64,000 nucleotides of DNA. Source: Bdellovibrionales bacterium (GTDB lineage Bacteria > Bdellovibrionota > Bdellovibrionia > Bdellovibrionales > UBA1609). The position numbers and the translations under genes are program-made. The notes under the pieces were generated by a model. It saw only the letters and a program-made list of their open reading frames with translations. It made no database searches and was not told where the DNA came from. The stretch spans positions 140,953-204,952 of the forward strand of contig JAWLHR010000003.1 of NCBI GenBank assembly GCA_041690295.1, given 5' to 3'. The first letter of the stretch is position 1; every line of letters starts with the position of its first letter. Below are positions 38,043 through 46,949 of this stretch, piece after piece.

Positions 38043-39385
38043 AGTTTCTCGACCATTGCCGCCAGTTTGTCGGGCTGGATTCGACGCCCGGCCATGGGAA
38101 TTTGGCGGTGGCCGAATTCGCGGCGGATCTCTGTCGCGAAGCCGGTCTGCATGTGGAGCTGCAACAGGAAGCGGTCGCGGGGATTGATGAATGTAATCTC
38201 ATCGCCCGTCCCGCGCCCGCGCGTCCCGAGAGGGAATTGCTTTTGCAAACCCATCTCGACACTGTGGACGCCGGCCATTTCAGTCAATGGACGAAAACCC
38301 AATTCAATCCTTTCAACGCCAGCATTTACAACGACGTGATTTACGGTTTGGGAACCGCGGACGTTAAGCTGGACTTTCTCTGCAAGCTGGAAGCGGTTAA
38401 AGCCCTCGCTGGTAAGAATTTGAAACTTCCGTTTGTTCTCGTGGGGACGTTCGGCGGCTCCCAGAGCGCGATGAGCGGCGCCATTAAACTCATTCGCAAA
38501 AAGAAGATCAGCGCGGTTTACGCTATGATCGGAGAGCCGACCGCGATGCGAATGGCGACGGCGGGCACCGGTTTGGCCGTCGTGGAAATTTCCATTCCGT
38601 TTTCGCCCGAAGAACAAGCTTACCGGCGCGATCACGATCTTCTTGAGTCCACCACCACACAAAGCCGGATATTCCGCGGAAAAGCGGCGCACTCGTCGAA
38701 CCCCGTAATGGGTGAAAACGCGATCATGAAAATGCTCGAGTATTTGGCGCAATTGCCCGAAGGCATCGCGGTCATGGATTTAAACGGCGGCGTCAGTTTG
38801 AACTCGGTTCCTTCGGACGCGGTTTTGGAAATCGATTTGGTGGCGGGCTTCAGGGATCCGATCTTGCCTAAAATCTCGCGCATCTACTCCGCGCTTCTTG
38901 AATTGCAGCGCGATCTGCAAGAGGTGAAAGAGGAAGGGTTTTCACCGCCTTACTCCACGATCAACATCGGTCGTATTCGCACCGATCAGGATGGAGTGGT
39001 GTTAAGCGGAAGTTGTCGGCTGTTGCCTCGGGTGACCGATGAAATCTACGAGGAATGGATTCAGAAGCTGGCCCGTGCGATTCAAAACGAAGGCGCAACA
39101 TTTCGCGTCAAAGATTATCGCCGTGGCTTCAGCGCGGCCGTTGACACACAGTTCGTGAAAACCACACAGGCGGTATTGGCGGAGATGGGTTTGAACCCAG
39201 AGCCGTGTAAATTGGCGCAATCGACGGAAGCGAACGTTTTCAGCCGTTTGGGCATTGAATGTTTGGTCTGGGGCCCGGGGCAAAGTGTCGGCAATTCACA
39301 CGCACCCAATGAATGTATAAAATTATCTGATTTACGAATGGCGATCGATTTCTATACGCGATTGCTTGAAAGGCTTTGCTTGTGA
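38039..39385 (+). CDS. Peptidase M20 / ArgE-DapE family amidohydrolase-like protein
   Basis: THLDTVD, YGLGTADVK, MIGEPT, GKAAHSSNPVMGENAI and GPG...NSHAPNE align by eye with E. coli ArgE. TTG start overlaps the upstream TGA. The DEE motif position reads FGGSQS. Confidence 0.8.
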   Translation: MKFLDHCRQFVGLDSTPGHGNLAVAEFAADLCREAGLHVELQQEAVAGIDECNLIARPAPARPERELLLQTHLDTVDAGHFSQWTKTQFNPFNASIYNDVIYGLGTADVKLDFLCKLEAVKALAGKNLKLPFVLVGTFGGSQSAMSGAIKLIRKKKISAVYAMIGEPTAMRMATAGTGLAVVEISIPFSPEEQAYRRDHDLLESTTTQSRIFRGKAAHSSNPVMGENAIMKMLEYLAQLPEGIAVMDLNGGVSLNSVPSDAVLEIDLVAGFRDPILPKISRIYSALLELQRDLQEVKEEGFSPPYSTINIGRIRTDQDGVVLSGSCRLLPRVTDEIYEEWIQKLARAIQNEGATFRVKDYRRGFSAAVDTQFVKTTQAVLAEMGLNPEPCKLAQSTEANVFSRLGIECLVWGPGQSVGNSHAPNECIKLSDLRMAIDFYTRLLERLCL

Positions 39386-40413
39386 GTTTCATAGTTCGCG
39401 CGGTTCAGCGTGAAGATGCCCAGCAGCTTCTTGAGTTAGCCCGGCAGTTCACGCTGCTCAATCTGCCCGCCGAAAAAAGAGTGATCGAGAACAAGATCGA
39501 AAAGAGCCTTGCGGCCTTCGCCGGTGAGCTGAGCAAAGCGGACGCCGAATACATGTTCGTGGTGGAAGACGTCGAAGCCAACATGGTGGTCGGCAGCTCC
39601 CTGATTCTGGCGAAGAACGGCAGCCCGAATTCTCCCAATTTCAGTTACAAGATTTTGAAAAAAGAACGATTCAGCCGCGAATTGGGAATCGGCTTCATTC
39701 ATCAGGTGTTAAGACTGAACGCCAATATCGACGGTCCGACGGAAGTGGGCGGACTCGTCGTGGATCGCGCCTATCGCCGGCGGCCCGAAAAAATCGGCCG
39801 CCTCATCAGTTTAAGCCGATTCCTTTACATCGGCATGGAACCCGAGCGCTTCGAAGATGAGTTGCACGCGGAAATGGCGCCGCCTCTGACGGAAGAAGGT
39901 CGCAGTGAATTTTGGGAGGCGCTCGGCCGGCGCTTCACGGGCATGCCTTACACCGAGGCCGATCAAATCAGCAGTCAGAACAACGGCTTCATCCAAAGTT
40001 TATTTCCCGAAGAAGACATTTATCTCACATTATTGGATTCGCGCGCCCGGCTTGTCCTGGGACGAGTGGCGGACGAAACCCAACCCGCGCTGCATCTGTT
40101 GAACCGGATCGGCTTTCGCTACAAAGACGAGGTGGATCCGTTCGACGGTGGTCCGCATTTGGGCTGCGCCACCAAAGATTGTCTTTTGATTAAAAATTTA
40201 AAGAAGTACGTTTTGAAGCCGCATAGCTCAGGCCAATTCACGCATACAGGTTTGATCGGACTCTTGCGCGATGGCAGCTATTTAGGCGCGTCCAGTTCGT
40301 ATCGGCTTGAAGATGACGGCGTCGTTTTACCTGAAAAAACGTGGGCGCTGTTGAATTTAAGTGCCGGCGAAGAAATCTACATTTCACCGATCATGGGAGC
40401 GAATGACCTATGA
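39376..40413 (+). CDS. astA: Arginine/ornithine N-succinyltransferase (AstA family)
   Basis: Matches recalled E. coli AstA along its length: IVRAVQRED / IRPVERSD, YMFVVED / YVFVLED, FWEALGRRFTGMPYTEAD / FWQSLGKRFFSMDFSRAD, and GFRYKDEVDPFDGGPHLGC / GFRYRNYIDIFDGGPTLEC. Start is TTG 39376 or GTG 39382 (GTGA overlap). Confidence 0.85.
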   Translation: MLVSFIVRAVQREDAQQLLELARQFTLLNLPAEKRVIENKIEKSLAAFAGELSKADAEYMFVVEDVEANMVVGSSLILAKNGSPNSPNFSYKILKKERFSRELGIGFIHQVLRLNANIDGPTEVGGLVVDRAYRRRPEKIGRLISLSRFLYIGMEPERFEDELHAEMAPPLTEEGRSEFWEALGRRFTGMPYTEADQISSQNNGFIQSLFPEEDIYLTLLDSRARLVLGRVADETQPALHLLNRIGFRYKDEVDPFDGGPHLGCATKDCLLIKNLKKYVLKPHSSGQFTHTGLIGLLRDGSYLGASSSYRLEDDGVVLPEKTWALLNLSAGEEIYISPIMGANDL

Positions 40414-41927
40414 GCAAAGAAAAACAGTTACAGTATGCCGGCGATTTTATTGGGGGCAAATTCGTCGTGCCGGAGAGCCCGGACGAATCCTGGGAAATCG
40501 CTTCGCCCGCCAATTTGAAGGACATCGTGTTTCGGGCCCAGGGAAAATATGATCACGTAGACCGCGCGGTGCAAGCGGCGCGCGCGGCCTATTTGCCGTG
40601 GGCGCACTTGGGATTGGAAAAGCGAAAAGAACATTTGCTGCGGCTCAAGGAAGTTTTCCTGGCCGGTGCCGCGGAAGTCACGGAAATCATCGCTCGCGAA
40701 ACCGGAAAACCGTTGTGGGAAGCGAAAACCGAGGCGGCGGCACTGGCGAGCAAAATCGACATAACACTCAACTTCTCAATGAAACTCGTCGACGAAGAGG
40801 TGGTTCCCAACGCGCTCCCCGGGGTGAACGGATATATCCGTTACAAGCCCCGAGGCGTGATGAGCGTGATCGGCCCATTCAACTTTCCCGCTCATTTGCC
40901 GAACGGACACATCATTCCGGCGCTGGCCACTGGGAATACGGTCGTCTTCAAGCCTTCGGATAAAACACCCGCGACCGGCCAGTGGATGGCGGAAGCCTTC
41001 GCCAAGGCCCAGTTCCCGCCTGGAGTGTTCAATTTGGTGCAGGGTCAGGCCGAAGTGGGTAAACGATTGGTCAACCATGAGTCCGTGGATGCCGTGTTAT
41101 TCACGGGTTCTTATGAAGTCGGACTGAAAATCAAGCAGGACACGGTTTCCCAATACTGGAAACTTTTGGCGCTGGAAATGGGCGGCAAGAACGCCACTGT
41201 TGTGTGGGAAGATGCCGACATCAAGAAAGCCGTGTACGAAACACTGATCGGTGCGTTCATGACCGCCGGCCAGCGATGCTCCTGCACCAGCCGGGTTATT
41301 TTACATCGCAAAATCCGCGATCAATTCGTTGATGAATTTTACGCCAACGCGAAGAAAATCAAAATTGGGCACTTTCGCGACGACGTGTTCATGGGGCCGC
41401 TGATCAGCTCGGATTCACTTGAGAAATTTCTGCGTTATCAGGAAATCGCCAAACGTGAAGGCGCCGAAAGCCTCATGCGAGGAAAAGCTCTGAGTCTTGA
41501 TTATGACGGCTACTACGTCACCCCGAGCATTAACTTGGTCCACAAATTCGATCCCACGTCGGTTTATCAAAAAAGTGAAATCTTCGGGCCCAACGTGGCG
41601 ATCTTCACGGTGGATGACTTTGACGAGGCTTTGACCATCAATAACGCTTCGAACTTTGGTCTGGTTATGTCGCTCTTCACGAAGAATCGCGCGCTGTACG
41701 AAAAAGCGTTGATCGAAGCCCAGGTGGGAGTGTTGAATTTAAATCGGACCACCAACGGCGCCAGTTCGAAACTGCCGTTCGGCGGAATGAACAAGTCGGG
41801 TAATGATCGCCCGTCAGGTCATTTCGCGGTGAAGTACACGACGGTGCCGGTGGCCAGCCTGGAAGATGAACCCACGTTCCAGAACGTGCAGATGCCTCCG
41901 GGCTTGAACTTCGAATATAAGGGTTGA
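40410..41927 (+). CDS. astD: Succinylglutamate-semialdehyde dehydrogenase (AstD-type aldehyde dehydrogenase)
   Basis: ARETGKPLWEAKTE, GPFNFPAHLPNGHIIPALATGNTVVFKPS, LALEMGGKN, AGQRCSC and FGGMNKSGNDRPSG closely parallel E. coli AstD. ATGA overlap with astA. Confidence 0.85.
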   Translation: MSKEKQLQYAGDFIGGKFVVPESPDESWEIASPANLKDIVFRAQGKYDHVDRAVQAARAAYLPWAHLGLEKRKEHLLRLKEVFLAGAAEVTEIIARETGKPLWEAKTEAAALASKIDITLNFSMKLVDEEVVPNALPGVNGYIRYKPRGVMSVIGPFNFPAHLPNGHIIPALATGNTVVFKPSDKTPATGQWMAEAFAKAQFPPGVFNLVQGQAEVGKRLVNHESVDAVLFTGSYEVGLKIKQDTVSQYWKLLALEMGGKNATVVWEDADIKKAVYETLIGAFMTAGQRCSCTSRVILHRKIRDQFVDEFYANAKKIKIGHFRDDVFMGPLISSDSLEKFLRYQEIAKREGAESLMRGKALSLDYDGYYVTPSINLVHKFDPTSVYQKSEIFGPNVAIFTVDDFDEALTINNASNFGLVMSLFTKNRALYEKALIEAQVGVLNLNRTTNGASSKLPFGGMNKSGNDRPSGHFAVKYTTVPVASLEDEPTFQNVQMPPGLNFEYKG

Positions 41928-41930
41928 GAT

Positions 41931-42998
41931 TTGACTCGTATCATTACCCTTCTTTTGGCGCTCTTGGTTGGCTACCTGGGTTTTGAAGTTTTTCGATTCA
42001 CTTCGGCGGGTCCCGGTAGCGCTGAAGAAAAAATCGTATTTGAGATTCCCGCGGGACGCTCATTTCGCCAGGTGGCTGAGGACCTTCAGAACAAAGGCGT
42101 TATCTTAAGCGCCTTCAAAATGCGAGTGATCGCGCGGTTGACCGGATTGGATGCCAAAGTCAAACGGGGCGAATACGCTTTACACCGAGCCATGACACCG
42201 CAAGAGGTGTTGAGCGTGCTGATTTCCGGAAAAAGCATTCAGTATCCGATCACTTTTCCCGAGGGCAGCAACATTTTTGAAATGGCCGCATTGCTAGAGT
42301 CCAAGGGCTTCTTCAAGGCGGACGACTTTATCAAAGCTTGCAAAAACAAAGAGATCATCCGTGAGCTTTTGGGCGTGGAGGTTTCATCGCTTGAAGGTTA
42401 CCTCTTTCCCGAAACCTACCAACTCACCAAGTTCACGACCATCAAGGAGTTGCTCACCAGTATGGTGAACAATTTTAAAACCGTTTATTCCATGGTGGAG
42501 AATCAGTTTCCGCCCCAAGGTCAAAACCGGTTGGCCCGTCATGAACTTGTTACCCTGGCGAGCATTGTTGAAAAAGAAACGGGCGCGCCTGAAGAGCGCT
42601 CAATGATCGCTTCGGTGTTCTACAATCGCCTGCAAAAGAACATGCGTTTGCAAAGTGATCCCACGATTATCTACGGCATCTGGGACGAGACCGGCAGATA
42701 TATAAAGAACATCACCAAAGAGGATATCGAGCGGCCGACCCGCTATAATACCTATACGGTTCCCAGGCTCCCGTTTGGACCAATCGCGAACCCCGGGCGA
42801 GAGGCGTTTGAAGCGGTCATGAACCCCGCCCAGACGGATTACCTCTATTTTGTCAGTCGCAATGACGGAACCCATGTCTTTTCGCGGACTTATGAAGACC
42901 ATCTAAAAGCGGTCAGGACCTTTCAGCTGGACCCTCGCGCCCGCGCCGGCAAAAGTTGGCGGGATCTTCACCAGCGCAAGGAAGCCTCTCAGCGATAA
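41931..42998 (+). CDS. mltG: Endolytic murein transglycosylase MltG (YceG family)
   Basis: N-terminal TM anchor. YceG motifs LEGYLFPETY, ASIVEKE and SDPTIIYG...YNTY. TTG start. Confidence 0.85.
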   Translation: MTRIITLLLALLVGYLGFEVFRFTSAGPGSAEEKIVFEIPAGRSFRQVAEDLQNKGVILSAFKMRVIARLTGLDAKVKRGEYALHRAMTPQEVLSVLISGKSIQYPITFPEGSNIFEMAALLESKGFFKADDFIKACKNKEIIRELLGVEVSSLEGYLFPETYQLTKFTTIKELLTSMVNNFKTVYSMVENQFPPQGQNRLARHELVTLASIVEKETGAPEERSMIASVFYNRLQKNMRLQSDPTIIYGIWDETGRYIKNITKEDIERPTRYNTYTVPRLPFGPIANPGREAFEAVMNPAQTDYLYFVSRNDGTHVFSRTYEDHLKAVRTFQLDPRARAGKSWRDLHQRKEASQR

Positions 42999-43111
42999 CT
43001 CAGTGCATTAATTCGCTAAATTACACGGTGCATAAAATTCTTATGGAATAAACAAAAGAAATATGATCTTTTGCGGCTTTCGTTCACTGCGGTAAAGAGG
43101 CGGAGGCTGGG

Positions 43112-44260
43112 TTGATTTTTTTCTGGTTAGCACTCTCATTAAATCTATTTGCTTCTCAGAGTCACGTCTCGGTTCAACCCCAAACCTGCGAACAATTCCT
43201 CGAGCTTAATGAATGGGTTCTCAATCGCCGGAAGATTATCAACGGCTTTGATAATTTTCAGATCCTGCCTGAAGTCGGGGCTCGGGGTGTGAGGTTGTAT
43301 CGAGGAGGCAAGGAATCCGCCTGGCGGTATTCGTGGCGGCGAATCCCACTCCGGGACAACTTCCGCGCCAAAGCCGGTGTCGAGGTTTGGTATGCGAACG
43401 GGCAATCCTTTCAGTTCATTGATGTCGGTTTTAAAAATTTTGAGCCCGACTGGTTCGTGCAAAATGCGATCGTCGCCGATCACATGATCCTCAATCCTAA
43501 CGAAAATCTGTACATAAAATATGGGCCTCATCGGCGAGATGCCGAGTTGACTTTTCGCCATTATCGATGGGCTTTTCACGGTCATGTGGTCGAAAGATAC
43601 GCCAACGTCAAAAAATATCTGACACCTCAAGATCTTTATATGCTCCAGTTCAGCAACATCGGATCAACCAACATCGATGTCTTTGGTTTGATTGCCCACG
43701 ATGAAACTCTGCCGCCGGGCACGTTGCTAACAAAGGACGAAATCCGGGACCGACTGAAGGTCACCATCCAGATCAGCTATTACGGGGAGTTCAATTTTTT
43801 TCATCCGACAATGATTGGAGCCTTGATCGCGAAAGGAATTAAAGTTCGGCAGCGCGTGTTTCGATTGCCGTTTGAAAAGCGCCTGGATCCCGATGTGGCG
43901 CTGGCCTACCGCCGCCGTTTTTACCAGAGTTTCAAGCCTGAAACGACATGTGAGTTCACCCGACTCGCAAAATTCGCGAATGACGTGCCTCGGCCGGTAT
44001 TCGATCGTTTTATCTTGCGGGCAATGACCACCGCTGATCGTCGCGGCATGAAAACGATTGTCGCCTCGGGTGATGAGTACACGACCCGGTTGTTTCATCG
44101 TTACGGGTTTAAAACTTACGCGCCCCTGCCAACGAACTCAGGTGTGAATGAGTATTTGAGTTATCTGGAAATCGGCAGTCCTGAGTACTGGGAAGTTTAT
44201 GAACGACTGTTGGATTCCGCATTGAAAGTGATCGTGAGGACGAATTGGAAGAGAAAATGA
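43112..44260 (+). CDS. Hypothetical protein; C-terminal region weakly resembles LuxI/FeeM-type (GNAT-fold) acyltransferases
   Basis: TTG start 6 nt after GGAGG. Hydrophobic N-terminus. The C-terminus CEFTRLAKFA...GMKTIVASGDEYTTRLFHRYGFKTY resembles the E-x-S/T-R-F/L-A ... GF pattern. This is motif-level only. Confidence 0.4.
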   Translation: MIFFWLALSLNLFASQSHVSVQPQTCEQFLELNEWVLNRRKIINGFDNFQILPEVGARGVRLYRGGKESAWRYSWRRIPLRDNFRAKAGVEVWYANGQSFQFIDVGFKNFEPDWFVQNAIVADHMILNPNENLYIKYGPHRRDAELTFRHYRWAFHGHVVERYANVKKYLTPQDLYMLQFSNIGSTNIDVFGLIAHDETLPPGTLLTKDEIRDRLKVTIQISYYGEFNFFHPTMIGALIAKGIKVRQRVFRLPFEKRLDPDVALAYRRRFYQSFKPETTCEFTRLAKFANDVPRPVFDRFILRAMTTADRRGMKTIVASGDEYTTRLFHRYGFKTYAPLPTNSGVNEYLSYLEIGSPEYWEVYERLLDSALKVIVRTNWKRK

Positions 44261-45996
44261 AGTGGTTAAGCCGTTTACGGGAATATTTTTGTGGTTCAGT
44301 TCACAATGAGCTCATCCGCTATCAACATCGGGCTGAACAATTGCAGCGGATCGCCCGGGCGCTCGCCGAATCAGTCTCCTTGGAGAAAATGGCTGAAATC
44401 GTGGCCAATGAATGTAAACTCGCGCTCAATGCGGACGCCGTTTGCGTTTACATGCTTCGCAAGGACGGCGTTTACGAGATGATCTCCGAATTGAACTGCA
44501 CCGATGAGTTCAAGACCAAGTGGCGCCTTGTTCCCAAATCCATGGTTCCGCTGCCGAATCCCACGCAAGATCCGGAGTCTTACTTTTATGGCTCGACCGA
44601 GCAATTCAAGTCTGAAATTCCCAATGTGGGCGAGGTTGTGGAAAAGTCCAAGCGACAGACCGTCGGCTATGCGCCTTTGATCGTCAGCCGGGAAGTTTTG
44701 GGCCTTATTGGGTATTCGTACAATTCCGTTCCCAAGGAATCGACCGACAAAACATTTTTAATCACGCTGGTGAATCTTTGCGCCCAGGCCCTTGAACGGG
44801 CCCGTTTGAGTGAGCAGGAGAAGCGCGCGCAGGAAGCCGCTGATAACGCGAATCAGGCCAAGTCGAAGTTTCTCGCCTCCATTTCCCATGAAATCCGAAC
44901 GCCGTTGGCGGTGATTCAGGGGTTCGCCGATCTGCTCGCGGACTCCTACGGCCTCACTTCACAACAGCGTAGTTGGGCGAGCATCATACGCAAAAACTCG
45001 GCGCAGTTGGGTGGGATCGTCGGCAATGTTCTCGACATTTCACGGATTGAGGCGGGAAAGGTCGACGTCGAGAAAATCGCCTTTTCGCCCCGGGATCTTT
45101 TTGAAGATGTGAAAGCCACGGCCGAGTTCAAAGTGAAGACGAAGAAACAATCCCTTGCCGTTGAGTTCACTTGGCGGAACTTGCCCGAAATGATTGAATC
45201 CGATCCCACGCGACTGAAACAAATCCTGAATAATTTGGTTGGTAACGCGATCAAATTCACGCAATACGGTATGGTCAAGGTGGAGGCTGAATTCCGGGAA
45301 CCGGACTTATTGGAATGCACTGTGACCGATACGGGGCTCGGCATCCCGCCAGAGAACCGCGAGCGGATATTTGATCCCTTCGAGCAGGGAGAAAGTTCCG
45401 GACATCGACGGTTCGGCGGCGCGGGATTGGGATTGGCGATTTCAAAACGTTTGGCCCAGGCTCTCGGTGGTGATCTGGTTCTTGTGGAGTCCGAACTGGG
45501 ACGAGGATCGAAATTTCGCTTCTCCGTCAAATGCCAGCCTGTGACGGCTCGTGAGTTGATGCCCAACGTGCATTCCATTTTTCCCAAGAATGTGGCGACA
45601 TCCCGGGAGCTAAGCGGTTTTAACGTGTTGGTGGTCGAGGACAATCCCGATAACCAACAGCTCGTTTACCATCTTTTGGATCGGGCCGGAGCCCGCGTGG
45701 ATCTGGCTTCGGACGGAGCCGAAGGCGTTAAAATGGCGCTCGCGGGGGATTACGATGTCATCCTGATGGATATTCAAATGCCCGAAGTCGACGGCTTTCA
45801 AGCCGTGTCTTTCCTGCGGACGCAAGGCTATCGCAAAGCCATCGCCGCGTTGACGGCGCATGCGCTTCAAAGCGAGAGGGATCAGGCCATGATTTTCGGC
45901 TTTGACGAGTATCTTACGAAACCCATCGACCGATTAACCTTGATTGATGTGATTCAAAGGCTAAGAAACCAGAAAGAGCTAAAACTGCCCCACTAG
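44257..45996 (+). CDS. Soluble hybrid sensor histidine kinase / response regulator (GAF + HisKA + HATPase_c + REC)
   Basis: H-box FLASISHEIRTPL; N-box LKQILNNLVGNAIKFT; G-boxes DTGLGI and GGAGLGLAI. REC domain VLVVEDNPDNQ...ILMDIQMPEVDG...LTKP. ATG 44257 overlaps the upstream TGA. The last codons and the stop lie inside the IS terminal repeat. Confidence 0.88.
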   Translation: MKWLSRLREYFCGSVHNELIRYQHRAEQLQRIARALAESVSLEKMAEIVANECKLALNADAVCVYMLRKDGVYEMISELNCTDEFKTKWRLVPKSMVPLPNPTQDPESYFYGSTEQFKSEIPNVGEVVEKSKRQTVGYAPLIVSREVLGLIGYSYNSVPKESTDKTFLITLVNLCAQALERARLSEQEKRAQEAADNANQAKSKFLASISHEIRTPLAVIQGFADLLADSYGLTSQQRSWASIIRKNSAQLGGIVGNVLDISRIEAGKVDVEKIAFSPRDLFEDVKATAEFKVKTKKQSLAVEFTWRNLPEMIESDPTRLKQILNNLVGNAIKFTQYGMVKVEAEFREPDLLECTVTDTGLGIPPENRERIFDPFEQGESSGHRRFGGAGLGLAISKRLAQALGGDLVLVESELGRGSKFRFSVKCQPVTARELMPNVHSIFPKNVATSRELSGFNVLVVEDNPDNQQLVYHLLDRAGARVDLASDGAEGVKMALAGDYDVILMDIQMPEVDGFQAVSFLRTQGYRKAIAALTAHALQSERDQAMIFGFDEYLTKPIDRLTLIDVIQRLRNQKELKLPH

Positions 45997-46003
45997 CCTG
46001 CAG
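45983..46003. repeat. IS copy 2 terminal inverted repeat (transposase-3' end)
   Basis: AACTGCCCCACTAGCCTGCAG. Its CTAG supplies stop codons for both the kinase (+) and the transposase (-). Confidence 0.85.
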
Positions 46004-46889
46004 CCAATGGTCCCGCGCGAATCATATTGTTGTGATAAACCGCATAGATGGCGAGATGAAGGCGCAATCTATGAGGAATTTTCGTTGTGCACCAGGTCTT
46101 CCTCACTAGCCTATTGATATTGGCTCGAAGCATCGCACACGTGTGATTCAAGCTAAAAAGTGGATCAAATCGGATCTTCTTCAATTCCCCCTGTCCGACA
46201 ATCGAACCCCTTTGCCCCTTAAACCGCTCATGCGAATTTAAAGGAAAGTGACGTCTTAAGATTTCCGGATACATTGGATTCTGATCGGATTTGAATTGCA
46301 CATCAGGTGTGGTGAGTGACTTTAAACTTTCACAAAGTTCACTCAATGCTTTCGGCCTGAAGTCTGGTCTTGGGCCATATTTTTTACGTGAGATACGGGC
46401 GAGCTTTCCTTTGGCCGGCATCTGGGCCACTTGAAAACTTAAAATCCTTCTGGTCTTTGATTCAACGGCTAGTGGAACGGAGAGCGGTTTACATTTCGTA
46501 TGTTCAAATGTCTCTAGTTCGTCGAATTCAACGACGGTAGCCGGCGGACAACTATGATTTTGATGTTCAAGCTCATGTACGGCTTTTTGGCCAAGGAAAA
46601 GAAATTTTCGTTCAACCGTGGTTCGGGAAATGTGAAGCAGTTTTGCGATTCGCCGCTGGGAGACGCTTGAAGCTAAAAGTTTGTTGATGCGGTGATTGAG
46701 GTGACGCTTTTTTTGCCTAAAGCAGGGGTGAAAGGTGGCATAAGAAAAGTATCTAGAGCAGCTAACGCAATAAAATCTTCGCACTCTTTTTCCGTCGGAG
46801 GTTCGGCGAAAAAATCCGGCTTTTTGAATACGCATCTGGCGATCGGACAATTCTTGTGATGAATGACAATAGGGGCAACTTGGTCGCAT
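45993..46889 (-). CDS. IS1-family transposase (copy 2)
   Basis: 298 aa with the same architecture as 11346-12242. Differences cluster at residues 12-22, 112-116 and about 170-190, plus one near residue 271. Confidence 0.8.
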   Translation of the reverse strand: MRPSCPYCHSSQELSDRQMRIQKAGFFRRTSDGKRVRRFYCVSCSRYFSYATFHPCFRQKKRHLNHRINKLLASSVSQRRIAKLLHISRTTVERKFLFLGQKAVHELEHQNHSCPPATVVEFDELETFEHTKCKPLSVPLAVESKTRRILSFQVAQMPAKGKLARISRKKYGPRPDFRPKALSELCESLKSLTTPDVQFKSDQNPMYPEILRRHFPLNSHERFKGQRGSIVGQGELKKIRFDPLFSLNHTCAMLRANINRLVRKTWCTTKIPHRLRLHLAIYAVYHNNMIRAGPLAAG

Positions 46890-46926
46890 GCCCTGTGGTT
46901 AAGGGCAAAATTCTCGCCAGGATTTT

Positions 46927-46947
46927 CTGCAGGCTAGTGGGGCAGTT
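46927..46947. repeat. IS copy 2 terminal inverted repeat (transposase-5' end)
   Basis: CTGCAGGCTAGTGGGGCAGTT, located 2 nt from the stop codon of the lipoprotein gene at 46950. Confidence 0.85.
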
Positions 46948-46949
46948 CT

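Larger units (their letters stand above)
45983..46947 (-). mobile_element. IS1-family insertion sequence, copy 2 (965 bp, inverted relative to copy 1)
   Basis: Same 21-bp terminal inverted repeats (45983-46003, 46927-46947). The 59 nt from the transposase-5' end to the ATG are identical to copy 1 by eye. The transposases differ at 12 of 298 residues. Confidence 0.85.

Noticed and set aside
37547-38752. 401-aa minus-strand ORF
   Set aside because: It is antisense to the aminotransferase and M20 genes. Its Arg/Pro/Ser-rich, low-complexity composition is typical of a shadow ORF.
11288-46947. Composite transposon or genomic island delimited by the two IS copies
   Set aside because: The interior is dominated by essential, syntenic housekeeping genes (rplU-rpmA-obg, rimO, bamD, mltG and others). 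No integrase, conjugation or cargo-type genes are present. It is retained only as a possible inversion substrate.
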